Positions 47,320-57,287 of a stretch of DNA of 64,000 nt are shown one piece after another. The position numbers and the translations under genes are program-made. Each line of letters starts with the position of its first letter. Position 1 is the first letter of the stretch. The notes under the pieces are model-generated. The model saw only the letters and a program-made list of their open reading frames with translations, was not told where the DNA came from and searched no databases. Source of the DNA: Hyphomonas sp. (GTDB taxonomy: Bacteria; Pseudomonadota; Alphaproteobacteria; Caulobacterales; Hyphomonadaceae); NCBI RefSeq assembly GCF_017792385.1, contig NZ_CP051230.1, forward strand, positions 710,827 through 774,826, read 5' to 3'.

Positions 47320-48615
47320 ATGTTCCGGTTGAGGGATATCACACCGCGCGGGCTGTATGCCCGCAGCATGCTGATGGTGATCGCGCCCGTCGTGCTGATC
47401 CTGTCGCTCATGTCCTGGTATTATTATGACAGCCATATCGCCGAGGTGAACCGCAAGCTGGCCCAGTCCATCGCGAGGGATGCGAGCCTGGTGCAGGCCT
47501 ATTGCGACCGCCGGGAACAGTCCGCACTGGCCCATCGCACGATTGATGAACGCCTTGACCTGACATTCACCTGCGACAGCCCTGCCGGCCCGCTGGAACA
47601 GGCGAAATATGCGCATGTCTTCGCCTACAGCCGAACCCTGGACAATGAGCTCGAAACCCGACTGGGCGTGCCGGTGGAAACCGCGCTGGACCCGAAGGAT
47701 TCCATGCTGCACCTGCGCTTCCCGTCCGGGCCGCGCACCGTGGAAATCATTGTGGAGCGCAAACGCGTTCTGGCGGCCAACACGCACATCTTCATTGTCT
47801 GGGTGATCCTGTTCTCATTGTTCATGGTGGCGCTGGCCATCGGATTCCTGAACCAGCAGGTGCGGTCGATCCTGCGCCTGTCCAAGGCGGCGCGGGCCTT
47901 CGGGCGCGGCCGGGACGTGCCGGACTTCCGCCCGTCAGGCGCCAATGAAGTGCGCGAAGCCGCCCGCGCCGTCATCGACATGAAAAACCGGCTGACCGCC
48001 TTTGCCGAACAACGCACCGCCATGCTGGCCGGGGTGAGCCACGATCTACGCACCCCGCTCACCCGCCTGAAACTGGCGCTGGCGATGATGGACGAGACCG
48101 ATGACATCAAGGCGGCTCGCGCAGACCTTGATGACATGTCGATGATGCTGGACGAATACCTGACCTTTGCACGGGGAGAGGAAGGCGACGAGCCGAGCAC
48201 GTTCGACCTGGCCGACCTGGTCCGGGACGCCGCGGCAGGGTTTGGCCCGCATATCGAAGTGACCGGTCCTGCCTCCATTCCGGTCAATGGGCGGCCGCTG
48301 GCCATCAAGCGGGCGGTGACCAATCTTGTGTCCAATGCGGCGAAGTTTGCCACCCATGTGCAAATCTCGCTTGTGGACGGTCCGCATGCGGTGGATATAC
48401 ATGTCGATGACGACGGACCGGGCATTCCCCCGGAGCGTCATGAGGACGCATTCCGGCCTTTCATGCGACTTGACGAAGCCCGCACCCAGAACACGCCCGG
48501 CACCGGGCTGGGCCTGACGCTTGCCCGTGATACGGCCCGCGCGCATGGCGGGGACCTTCGCCTCGGCGAAAGCCCGCTGGGCGGCCTGAGGGCCAGCCTG
48601 CGCCTGCCCCATTGA
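47320..48615 (+). CDS. EnvZ-like sensor histidine kinase
   Basis: Two TMs, HAMP, GVSHDLRTPLTR H-box, NLVSNA, DDGPGI, GTGLGL. Confidence 0.93.
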   Translation: MFRLRDITPRGLYARSMLMVIAPVVLILSLMSWYYYDSHIAEVNRKLAQSIARDASLVQAYCDRREQSALAHRTIDERLDLTFTCDSPAGPLEQAKYAHVFAYSRTLDNELETRLGVPVETALDPKDSMLHLRFPSGPRTVEIIVERKRVLAANTHIFIVWVILFSLFMVALAIGFLNQQVRSILRLSKAARAFGRGRDVPDFRPSGANEVREAARAVIDMKNRLTAFAEQRTAMLAGVSHDLRTPLTRLKLALAMMDETDDIKAARADLDDMSMMLDEYLTFARGEEGDEPSTFDLADLVRDAAAGFGPHIEVTGPASIPVNGRPLAIKRAVTNLVSNAAKFATHVQISLVDGPHAVDIHVDDDGPGIPPERHEDAFRPFMRLDEARTQNTPGTGLGLTLARDTARAHGGDLRLGESPLGGLRASLRLPH

Positions 48616-48645
48616 ACCATCTCCTTTCAGAGGCATTTCTCCGCC

Positions 48646-50193
48646 ATGAGCAATAGCAAAGCCAAGCTGATCATCCGCAACGCGACGCCGGATGACATTC
48701 CGGGCCTGCAGGCCCTGTCCGCAAAGGTCTATGGCGAGGGAGAAGAGTATTCCCGCGACCATTTGATGGCCCAGATCAACCGGTTCCCCGATGGCCAGTT
48801 CGTCGCCGAATATGAGGGCACGATTGTCGGCCACTGCGCCACCTTCATGATCGCCTCGGAACATGCCTTTGGCCCGCACACCTGGATGCAGATTACCGGC
48901 GGGGGCTATGCCGCCCGGCACGATCCTGAAGGTGATGTGCTGTATGGCATGGATGTTGCCGTCGATCCCGACTATCGCCGCCTGCGCATCGGCCAACGCT
49001 TCTACAAGGCGCGCCGCGAATTGTGCCAGTGGCTGGAGCTGAAAGGCATCGTGTTTGCCGGCCGCATGCCCGGCTATGCCCGTCGCGCCAGGCAGTACCC
49101 GAACCCGGAAGACTATGTGAAGGCCGTGCGCGAATCCAAACTTCGCGATCCGGTCATCACCTTCCAGCTGAACCAGGGCTATGAGCCGCTGGGCGTGCTG
49201 CGCCACTACCTTCCGGAGGATACGGACTCGATGGGGCATGCCACGCACATGTTCTGGGAAAACCCGCTGGCGCAGGAGAAGATCCAGACCAATACGAGCT
49301 TTGGCGACACGTCCCTGCCGGAGAGCGTGCGCATTGCGACCGTGCAATGGCAGATGCGGCGGATCACGTCGATTGATGAGTTCGAGGGACAGCTTGAATA
49401 CTGGGTCGATATCGCTTCCGATTACAAGAGCGACTTCGTTGTCTTCCCGGAAATGCTGACCCTGCAATTGCTCTCGCTGGCCGAACGTCCGCTTGGTCCG
49501 GTCGATGCAATCGCACAGATCTCCGAATACACACCGCGCTTTGTCGAGTTCATGGAAAAGCTCGCCGTGTCGTACAATATCAACATCATCGGCGGCACGC
49601 ATCCAAGCCAGATGCCGGACGGGGAAATCCTGAACGTCGCCCATGTCTTCCTGCGTGACGGGTCTGTGCACACGCAGCAGAAACTCCACCCGACCCCGTC
49701 GGAACGTCATTGGTGGAACATTCAGGGCGGCCGGGGCAATTCGGTGATCCAGACCGATTGCGGCCCCATCGGCGTAATGATCTGCTATGACAGCGAATTC
49801 CCGGAAATTGCCCGCCATCTGGTCGACCAGGGCGCGCTGATGCTGTTTGTCCCATTCTGTACGGACGAGCGGCGTGGATATCTGCGTGTGCGCTATTGCT
49901 GCCAGGCGCGGGCCGTCGAAAACCAGTGCTATGTCACCCTGTCCGGCGTCGTCGGCAATCTGCCCAATGTCGAGAACATGGACATTCATTATGCGGAAAG
50001 CTGTATCCTGACCCCGTCCGACTTCCCCTTCTCGCGCGATGGTGTTGCCGCAGATACGGCGCCGAATACGGAGACGATCGCCCTGGCTGACCTGTCCATT
50101 TCAGACCTTCTGACCGCTCGCCAGTCCGGCGCGGTGCAGAACCTGAAGGACCGACGTCTCGACCTCTATCAGGTGGCCTGGAAGAAGAACTAG
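48646..50193 (+). CDS. GNAT acetyltransferase / carbon-nitrogen hydrolase fusion
   Basis: N-terminal GNAT (VDPDYRRLRIG); C-terminal nitrilase triad FPEM, QQKLH, ICYDSEF. Confidence 0.92.
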   Translation: MSNSKAKLIIRNATPDDIPGLQALSAKVYGEGEEYSRDHLMAQINRFPDGQFVAEYEGTIVGHCATFMIASEHAFGPHTWMQITGGGYAARHDPEGDVLYGMDVAVDPDYRRLRIGQRFYKARRELCQWLELKGIVFAGRMPGYARRARQYPNPEDYVKAVRESKLRDPVITFQLNQGYEPLGVLRHYLPEDTDSMGHATHMFWENPLAQEKIQTNTSFGDTSLPESVRIATVQWQMRRITSIDEFEGQLEYWVDIASDYKSDFVVFPEMLTLQLLSLAERPLGPVDAIAQISEYTPRFVEFMEKLAVSYNINIIGGTHPSQMPDGEILNVAHVFLRDGSVHTQQKLHPTPSERHWWNIQGGRGNSVIQTDCGPIGVMICYDSEFPEIARHLVDQGALMLFVPFCTDERRGYLRVRYCCQARAVENQCYVTLSGVVGNLPNVENMDIHYAESCILTPSDFPFSRDGVAADTAPNTETIALADLSISDLLTARQSGAVQNLKDRRLDLYQVAWKKN

Positions 50194-50879
50194 GCTTCCG
50201 CGATCAGCTGCGGCCCCTGATTGCGGACATTGCCAACAGCCGGATCAACCGGCCAGGCATGCATGTCCTCTGTCGGGAAGGGCTCGTACAAATGCCCGAC
50301 CTTGCGATTGTCGGCGTCCAGCCAGGTCCGGTAGTCGGACGGGTGCAGAATGACCGGCATACGTGTGTGGAGCCCGGCCATGAGATCGTTGGGCTTTGTG
50401 GTCAGGATGGTGAAACTGTCGATCTCCGACCCGTCGATCATGGCGCGATCCCAGAGTCCCGCAAAGCAGAACCAGCGACGATTGCGCAGGCCGATCGCAT
50501 AGGGCTGCTTCTTGCCCTTCGGCCCGGTCCATTCATAAAATCCGCTGACCGGCACGAGACAGCGATGATGCCGGAACGGACCGCGGAACGTATTCGACGC
50601 CTCAAGTCCTTCGCTGCGGGCGTTGAAGGTGGAGAATTTCTTCTCGCTGAGCGGCTTCTTCCACCAGCTTGGCACCAAGCCCCACATGGCCGGGGCCATC
50701 TGGACGGCGCCGCGCGGCACATCCTCCCCTTCCGGGGCCATGCGGATTATCGGGGCATATTGCGTCGGCGCGATGTTGTAGGCGGGTGCCGGCGGCTGGA
50801 CACCCTCGGGATGAATCAGGTTGAGCGCGTTGTGGTACTCTTCCCAAGAGACCCCATGCCGGAAGAAACGTCCGCACAT
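50190..50879 (-). CDS. SOS response-associated peptidase (SRAP, YedK/HMCES family)
   Basis: MCGRF N-terminus, YNIAPT, WGLVP, FNARSE, GFYEW, HTRMPVIL. Confidence 0.95.
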   Translation of the reverse strand: MCGRFFRHGVSWEEYHNALNLIHPEGVQPPAPAYNIAPTQYAPIIRMAPEGEDVPRGAVQMAPAMWGLVPSWWKKPLSEKKFSTFNARSEGLEASNTFRGPFRHHRCLVPVSGFYEWTGPKGKKQPYAIGLRNRRWFCFAGLWDRAMIDGSEIDSFTILTTKPNDLMAGLHTRMPVILHPSDYRTWLDADNRKVGHLYEPFPTEDMHAWPVDPAVGNVRNQGPQLIAEA

Positions 50880-50882
50880 CGG

Positions 50883-51785
50883 CTAGGGCTCGAACACGGC
50901 AGATGCGTCGCGACCGAGATCATAGGCGACATGATGTTTCAGCTTCTCGGTCAATTCGTTGACGTCTCCCTGCAACCGATCCGGCGGGATCAACTGGCCG
51001 AAGGTCATCCGGACATTCGCGCCCCGCTTGTTGAGGAGTTCATGGAACAGGGTGATGTCCCGCAGCTCCCCGTTCAGCTCACTGAAGAAGTAGAACAGCC
51101 ACGAATTCCACGCATCGAGATTGAGCGGCAGGATGGGCGCGCCCTGTTTCCGGGCGAGGCCGACAACGGTGGAGAACCAGTCCTTCTCGACCAGCCGACC
51201 GTCTTCCTTTTTCGCAAGGCGCCCGGACGGGAAGATGACCACGCACTTCTCTTCGGCAAAGGCCTGACCGGCGCGTTTCAGTGTTTCGCGCGTCTTGGCG
51301 GGCGTGCGCTTCTCGGCCACCCATTCGACGGGGATGATGACATCCTGAAAGCGCGGATTGACCCGCACGGCATCGGCATTGGCAAAGAAGATGATGTCCT
51401 GGCGCACCTGCTTCAGCAGGTCCCAGACTGCGATTCCATCGGCCAGCCCGGTGGGATGGTTGGCAGCGATGATGACCCGGCCAGAGCCTGGCAGGCGGTC
51501 CAGACCTTCGATGTCGAGGGAGAAATCGAGTTGGCGGGACAGATGATCGAAGGAGTCGCGGCCATTCATCTGCATGATCGTGTCGGCCATTTCACGGGCG
51601 CGGCGATAACCGAGCGTCTTGTAGAGCACCGGACGCACGAGAGGCCAGGTCCAGCTTTCGCGGAGTTTCGGGCAGCGCTCCTCGATCAGCGTATCGACGA
51701 TATGCTGGTCGGAATTTTTTTCTGCATCGAGAAATGCAGAGGCCCGCAAGGCGGGCGGATTCACGCTGAGGCTCTCATCGCTCAT
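50883..51785 (-). CDS. Lysophospholipid/glycerol acyltransferase family protein
   Basis: ANHPTGLADG (NHxxxxD) and IFPSG motifs; start trimmed to MSDE. Confidence 0.88.
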   Translation of the reverse strand: MSDESLSVNPPALRASAFLDAEKNSDQHIVDTLIEERCPKLRESWTWPLVRPVLYKTLGYRRAREMADTIMQMNGRDSFDHLSRQLDFSLDIEGLDRLPGSGRVIIAANHPTGLADGIAVWDLLKQVRQDIIFFANADAVRVNPRFQDVIIPVEWVAEKRTPAKTRETLKRAGQAFAEEKCVVIFPSGRLAKKEDGRLVEKDWFSTVVGLARKQGAPILPLNLDAWNSWLFYFFSELNGELRDITLFHELLNKRGANVRMTFGQLIPPDRLQGDVNELTEKLKHHVAYDLGRDASAVFEP

Positions 51786-52027
51786 TGTGTACTGGCCACT
51801 CCGTTCTCCCCCCATATACATAGGGGGTCCGGCGGGTTGCCGAAAGCGGGAAGTACAGGATCATAGCCTGTCCCCGATGCGCTGCGAACCGCGCATTCTG
51901 TTGAAATATAAACACTTCGGAAAGTTTCGCTTTACCAAGACGTAAGAGCCGCGTGGCAAGGTAAATCCAGAACGGGGGGCCGTTTAAGCCTTTCCACCAC
52001 AGGTCACACAAATCGGGATGAGCGTAG

Positions 52028-52462
52028 ATGAAAGTTCTTTGGGTTGAAGATCACGAGCCGGTCAGGGACATGCTGGCGATTGCCGCGGACAAGGCAGCCC
52101 GCTCCCGCGTGCAGATCGACCTGGTCATGGCGCCGACCCTGATGGCTGCGGAATCCCGCCTGCGGCTGGAGCGCTTCGACCTTGTTGTCCTGGACCTCGG
52201 CCTGCCCGACTCCTTCGACCCGGACATGACGATTGCGCGGGTGGCAAACATGGGCAAATACCGCATCGCGGTTGTCTCCTCGATGGATGTGCGCGACCAG
52301 GCTGTCGAGTCGGCCCTGCGCTGCGGTGCGAACATCCACCCGCAAGCCATCTTCAAGGCGAACCTGCCGTTCAACCGCTTCATCCAGCGCCCGGACGCCT
52401 TCGAGGATTTCCTCATGGACCTGATGCCGGCGGCCGAGACCCCGGCGGTCTGCGCGGCCTGA
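52028..52462 (+). CDS. Single-domain response regulator
   Basis: LWVEDH, VLDLGLPD phospho-acceptor, conserved Ser and Lys; no output domain. Confidence 0.85.
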   Translation: MKVLWVEDHEPVRDMLAIAADKAARSRVQIDLVMAPTLMAAESRLRLERFDLVVLDLGLPDSFDPDMTIARVANMGKYRIAVVSSMDVRDQAVESALRCGANIHPQAIFKANLPFNRFIQRPDAFEDFLMDLMPAAETPAVCAA

Positions 52463-52561
52463 CCCAAACCGGCGCTTGCGAAGCGCCCCCTCCCCTTGCT
52501 AAGCCGCCCGGGACAGGTCCGGGCGGCTTTTTGCTGGGCATCAACAAGGAGCTGTAGTGAC

Positions 52562-53176
52562 ATGGAAACTCTAATCGCTTCCCCGGCTACATTTGGCATA
52601 CTGGCTGCAAACGTAATCGCGAGCTTCATAGCATTTAGCTCACACGAGTTTCGCGAAGCGAACAGCTTTTGGATTCGGCCTATTCGTGAAAGCGGCCAGT
52701 GGCATCGATCAATCACGTCAAGCTTTCTGCACGTGAACACAGGGCACTTGCTAGTCAATATGCTGACGCTCTATTTCTTTGGCCCCCCCCTCGAGCGAAT
52801 TTTTGGAACTACCAATTTCCTCCTATTGTACTTTGCGTCTCTCTTAGGTGGGTCCATATGGATGTACTTCGCTAAAAGGGACTCTCTGGACTACCGGGCA
52901 GTGGGAGCATCCGGCGCAATATCCGGCCTAATGCTGGCAGTCGCCGTTCTCTTCCCATTTGCTACGATCTACTTGATGTTCGCAATTCCAATTTGGGCAG
53001 GCGCTTTCGGTGCACTTTTTATCATCGTCAGTTTGGTCTTATCTCGGCGTGACAATGCCGTTATTGCTCACGGTGGCCACTTGGGCGGCGCGATTGCTGG
53101 CCTTATTTTGACCCTAGTGCTGCAACCGAATGCCCTCAGTCGGCTTCTGGCCCAGATCGCCGAACGGCTAGGCTGA
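52562..53176 (+). CDS. Rhomboid family intramembrane serine protease
   Basis: FLHVNTGHLLVNM, GASGA, AHGGHLGG; AT-richer codon usage than the neighbours. Confidence 0.93.
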   Translation: METLIASPATFGILAANVIASFIAFSSHEFREANSFWIRPIRESGQWHRSITSSFLHVNTGHLLVNMLTLYFFGPPLERIFGTTNFLLLYFASLLGGSIWMYFAKRDSLDYRAVGASGAISGLMLAVAVLFPFATIYLMFAIPIWAGAFGALFIIVSLVLSRRDNAVIAHGGHLGGAIAGLILTLVLQPNALSRLLAQIAERLG

Positions 53177-54316
53177 ATGGGATATGTGATCGACCGCTAT
53201 GAGGCCCGCATCGGAAGCGGCCAGCTGACGCCGGACCCGGTCCAGGCCGAGGCCGCTTCGGCGCTGGACGATCTGGCTCACCGGCTGGCCAATCGCAAGA
53301 CGGGCGGCTGGTTCTCGAAAGCCGAGACCGTGACCGGCCTCTACATGTGGGGCGGCGTCGGTCGGGGCAAATCCATGCTGATGGACCTGTTCTTCGAACA
53401 TGCGCCGGTCGCGGCGCGCAGACGGGTGCACTTTCATGAATTCATGGCCGAAGTGCATGATCGGCTGGATGCATGGCGCCGGCTGACCCCGGACGAGCGC
53501 AAGCGGTCCGAATGGCGCGTCAAGGGTGCCGGCGACGACCCGATCGCGCCAGTGGCGAAACAGATCGCGTCCGAGGCGAACCTGCTCTGTTTCGACGAAT
53601 TCCAGGTGACCCAGATTGCCGATGCGATGGTTCTGGCCCGCCTGTTCGATGCCTTGTTCGAGCGCGCCGTGACGGTGGTGGCCACATCGAACCGTCATCC
53701 TGACGACCTCTACAAGGACGGCATCAACCGCCCCCTCTTCCTGCCTTTCATCGATCATCTCAAGACCCATTGCCGGATCCTGGAACTGGCGTCGGACCGG
53801 GACTATCGCCTGGACCGCCTGATCGAGGCGCCGGTCTGGTATGCGCCGCTGGGGCCGGAGGCCGAGACAGCGCTGGAGGCGGCCTGGGACCGGCTGACCC
53901 TCGGCGCGGAACCGCAGCATTGCGTGCTGACCGTGAAGGGCCGGAAACTGGACGTGCCGCGCGAAGCCGCTGGTGTCGCCTGGTTCAGTTTCGAGGAATT
54001 GTGCGCCCGGCCGCTCGGCTCGCGTGACTATCTGGCGATCGCGGCCAATTTCAACACGGTCATCCTGTCCGGCATTCCGAAACTGGGCCCGGAAAACCGC
54101 AATGAGGCCGCCCGGTTCGTGGCGCTGATCGATGCATTCTACGAAGCGCGGATCAAGCTGGTTGCAAGCGCGGCAGCCGAGCCGGAACATCTCTATCCGG
54201 AAGGCGATGGCAGTTTCGAATTCGAACGCACCGCCAGCCGCCTGCATGAAATGCGCTCTACGGACTATCTGGCCGAAGCGCGCGTCGAGATCGATGTGGA
54301 CGCGCCGCGCGACTAG
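53177..54316 (+). CDS. zapE: Cell division ATPase ZapE (AFG1 family)
   Basis: GLYMWGGVGRGKSMLMDLF, LCFDEFQVT, TSNRHP, RFVALID, FERTASRL. Confidence 0.95.
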   Translation: MGYVIDRYEARIGSGQLTPDPVQAEAASALDDLAHRLANRKTGGWFSKAETVTGLYMWGGVGRGKSMLMDLFFEHAPVAARRRVHFHEFMAEVHDRLDAWRRLTPDERKRSEWRVKGAGDDPIAPVAKQIASEANLLCFDEFQVTQIADAMVLARLFDALFERAVTVVATSNRHPDDLYKDGINRPLFLPFIDHLKTHCRILELASDRDYRLDRLIEAPVWYAPLGPEAETALEAAWDRLTLGAEPQHCVLTVKGRKLDVPREAAGVAWFSFEELCARPLGSRDYLAIAANFNTVILSGIPKLGPENRNEAARFVALIDAFYEARIKLVASAAAEPEHLYPEGDGSFEFERTASRLHEMRSTDYLAEARVEIDVDAPRD

Positions 54317-54388
54317 CCGGCTGCTGCACATGCGACGCCTGTGAGGGCGCTTCGGGGACAGTCTGTATTTTCATCAGGGCTGCGCGGG

Positions 54389-54796
54389 TCAGGTGTCCGG
54401 CAGAGGCAGCGCGCGCGCCGCGATCCGGCGCGGGCGGCGTGGCTTGGGGGCAATGGCGAGCGGCGCGCTGTCCCGCTGTTCGCCGGGATGCACCGGGCAG
54501 GTGCCCGTGAGCGCCCGTTGCCAGGCTTTTGAAGGGGTGAAGCTGAAGGGATCGGGCGTCAGGTCTTCCGCGCGCCGTCCGATGCGGACCAGACGGACCT
54601 GGCCCTGCACGTCGATCGAGACCTGGAACGGGATGCGCCGACCATACCGCGTGCGCACATGAAAACGCAGTGCCACGACCTGCAGCCAGATCCAGAACCG
54701 GACGGGTTCGAGATGCGGCGGCAGGTCAAAAGTGAGCGGGGCAAACAGCCGGTCCATGCGCGCCAGTATACGCCAGGCCGCAAGGGGGTTGGACAA
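54389..54796 (-). CDS. Hypothetical protein
   Basis: 135-aa ORF filling the gap between zapE and the GGDEF-EAL gene; no family recognised. Confidence 0.5.
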   Translation of the reverse strand: MSNPLAAWRILARMDRLFAPLTFDLPPHLEPVRFWIWLQVVALRFHVRTRYGRRIPFQVSIDVQGQVRLVRIGRRAEDLTPDPFSFTPSKAWQRALTGTCPVHPGEQRDSAPLAIAPKPRRPRRIAARALPLPDT

Positions 54797-54858
54797 GAAA
54801 CCTGCCCTGCCCCGTCACCGCAATGGATCTGGCCGGGGAAGGTGTGGGACAGAAGCGG

Positions 54859-56601
54859 TCAGGAAGCCTGCGTGATCATCGAGGGGGATGTCATTTCCCG
54901 GCACAGCACGGCGCGGCCAATCAGGTATCCCTGCACCAGGTCGCAATTGCGCCGGGCGAGCTGTTCCAGCTGCGAACTGGTCTCGACGCCTTCCGCGCAA
55001 CTGACCAGATTCATCTCCCGGCACATTTTGAGACTGCCGGTCAGGACTTTCGGCAGAATGCCGGAATCGCTCTTGCCCAGAAGACTCTTGTCGAGCTTGA
55101 CCTTTTTGAAGGGCAGTTCCTCAAGCAGGGACAGGGACGAATATCCCGTTCCGAAATCATCCAGTGCCAGAGACACGCCGGTCTCAACGATCCGGTTGAG
55201 GATCTGCTTGCTCGTGTCGATGTTCCGGAAGAGCACATTTTCGGTGATTTCCAGTTCAATTCGTTCCGGCTGAATGCCATGGCGTCTCAGCGCGTTCAAA
55301 AACTGGTCAGCAAATTCCAGCGAGGTCAGCTGGGATGGCGACACGTTGAAGGACAGGAAGCTGTTGCCGTCCGGCATCCATCGCAGCGCCTGATTGAGCA
55401 TGGACCAGAAGAAGCTGTCGATCAGGCCGAGGCGTTCGACCGCCGGCATGAATTGCTGGGGCGTCGGCTGCCGGCGGAGCCCGCTTTGCGGCCAACGGGC
55501 GAGAACTTCATAGCCGGCAATGGAATGTGTCCGCAGGTCCAGAATGGGCTGAACGGCCGGCTGGAACCGGTTGTCACGGACGGCGCCGATGATCGTCCTG
55601 TCGAATTCCTCGGCGTCCATGTCGGACAGGTCCTCACGGCGGTCGAATGCCGCGATGCCGCCGCTCGCCGATTTGACCCGCATCATCGCCTTGTCGGCCG
55701 CGTGCATGAGATTTACTTCGTCGGCGGCATCCTCCGGATAGGCGGCAAGGCCGATCGAGGCCCCGACTGCAACCAGGCCGAGATCGGTATCGACCGGCGA
55801 CACGATGGCGCTCTGTGCCCGGGCAGCAATCTCCAGTGCCGGATCGCCCGTATCCGGAACAAGAAAGGCGAACTCGTCCCCACCAAGACGGCAGGCAAAA
55901 ATACCCCCTTCCAGCACGCTCAATCTTTGCGCCAACACCTTCAGGACATGATCCCCGACAGCATGACCATAACGGTCGTTCAACGGCTTGAACCGATCCA
56001 GGTCGATCAGGGCGCAGGTGAATGGCCGCCCCTGCCCGATCAAGCCTTTCATTTCCCGGATGAAGGCCCGCCGGTTCAGGATGCGGGTCAGCGGATCGGT
56101 ATCGGCCAGCTGGCGAATTTTCCGCTCGGCCCGTTCCCGTTCCTGAATTTCGCCCTGAAGATCCGCAAGCATGTTCGCATGGATTTCCGTCAGCGCGTGA
56201 AACACGCCGAGCGCATTGAGACAGCCGGCATAGACACCGTCTTCGTGCACCAGGATGACGCCATTGGTGAGCAATTCCGATTTGTCCCGGATGTTGCCGA
56301 ACACGCTGGCCGCGTCCTCATTCATTTCCAGAACGAGCGGATTGTAATCCAGCACGCCGCGCAATCCCTTCTTCTGATTGAGGGCGTAGCCATAGGGATT
56401 CGAGATCAGCCGCTGGAAGGCCTGAAGCGAGACAAAGGCAACGGGACGCCCCCACCGGTCAACGACCGGGCACAGGGTGGCCTCCGGATTGTTGACGAAA
56501 AATGCCGAGAGCGCATCGAAACTGTCATCTACCGACAGCGGCGGAAAATGCATCCAGGACGTGGAGCGAAACTTCATGACAAACCCATCTGCCCCACCCA
56601 A
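54859..56601 (-). CDS. Diguanylate cyclase/phosphodiesterase (CBS-like + GGDEF + EAL)
   Basis: DPLTRILNRR, RLGGDEF, YEVLARW, DDFGTGYSS, AEGVET; N-terminal CBS-like region with YGYAL; start may be 56577. Confidence 0.93.
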   Translation of the reverse strand: MGGADGFVMKFRSTSWMHFPPLSVDDSFDALSAFFVNNPEATLCPVVDRWGRPVAFVSLQAFQRLISNPYGYALNQKKGLRGVLDYNPLVLEMNEDAASVFGNIRDKSELLTNGVILVHEDGVYAGCLNALGVFHALTEIHANMLADLQGEIQERERAERKIRQLADTDPLTRILNRRAFIREMKGLIGQGRPFTCALIDLDRFKPLNDRYGHAVGDHVLKVLAQRLSVLEGGIFACRLGGDEFAFLVPDTGDPALEIAARAQSAIVSPVDTDLGLVAVGASIGLAAYPEDAADEVNLMHAADKAMMRVKSASGGIAAFDRREDLSDMDAEEFDRTIIGAVRDNRFQPAVQPILDLRTHSIAGYEVLARWPQSGLRRQPTPQQFMPAVERLGLIDSFFWSMLNQALRWMPDGNSFLSFNVSPSQLTSLEFADQFLNALRRHGIQPERIELEITENVLFRNIDTSKQILNRIVETGVSLALDDFGTGYSSLSLLEELPFKKVKLDKSLLGKSDSGILPKVLTGSLKMCREMNLVSCAEGVETSSQLEQLARRNCDLVQGYLIGRAVLCREMTSPSMITQAS

Positions 56602-56747
56602 GGCAATCTGAGCGTTTCGCTATCAGTACATTCTGAAAACTTGGTAACCAGTAATGGCCATTACAGGACGTAAAGCCCGAAAAAACATGAAGTTATTGTG
56701 ACACTCGACCTGTCCCAATGATGAGACGCACAGTCAACAAGGGCTCA

Positions 56748-57287
56748 TCAGGAGCGGGGCACACCCACAATCGCGCCGGCCAGATGGTCTGCGGACACGT
56801 CCGCATCCGGCTTCGCGATCACGCTGAAGGAGGCATCGGTTTCCAGCACCACAGCCTCGGCATCCGAGACCTGTGTGATCCCCTGTTCGCGCAGGGCCGA
56901 GCGGACCTCCGACCGGGTAAGCCGTTCGGCCAGGATCGCATCATCGAGATACTCGCCCCTGAAGACCAGAAGACGCGGACTGGACTTCACCGCCTGTTCG
57001 GCCCGCTCGCTGCGCGCCATCAGCCAGGTCAGCGCCCACTGGATGGCGAGCAGGATGCCGATGGCAAACAGGGCTTCGAGCGCGGTGACGGAGTTCGACG
57101 TGATCCCGGCGCCCGCAATCGAGCCGAGCGCCACCGTCACCACCCAGTCGAAATTGTTCATCTGGGAGGTCGAGCGCTTTCCAGCCAGGCGGATGAAGGC
57201 GATGATTGTCAGATAGATGACGGGTGCGGCGAGCCCGATGCGGACATAATCCTTCCAGCCATCATGGAATATTGCCGAAATATCCAT
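56748..57287 (-). CDS. DUF421 (YetF) family membrane protein
   Basis: RLAGKRSTSQMNNFDWVVTVALGS...LRE.G...VVLETDASFSVI; TGATG-coupled to the upstream gene. Confidence 0.9.
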   Translation of the reverse strand: MDISAIFHDGWKDYVRIGLAAPVIYLTIIAFIRLAGKRSTSQMNNFDWVVTVALGSIAGAGITSNSVTALEALFAIGILLAIQWALTWLMARSERAEQAVKSSPRLLVFRGEYLDDAILAERLTRSEVRSALREQGITQVSDAEAVVLETDASFSVIAKPDADVSADHLAGAIVGVPRS

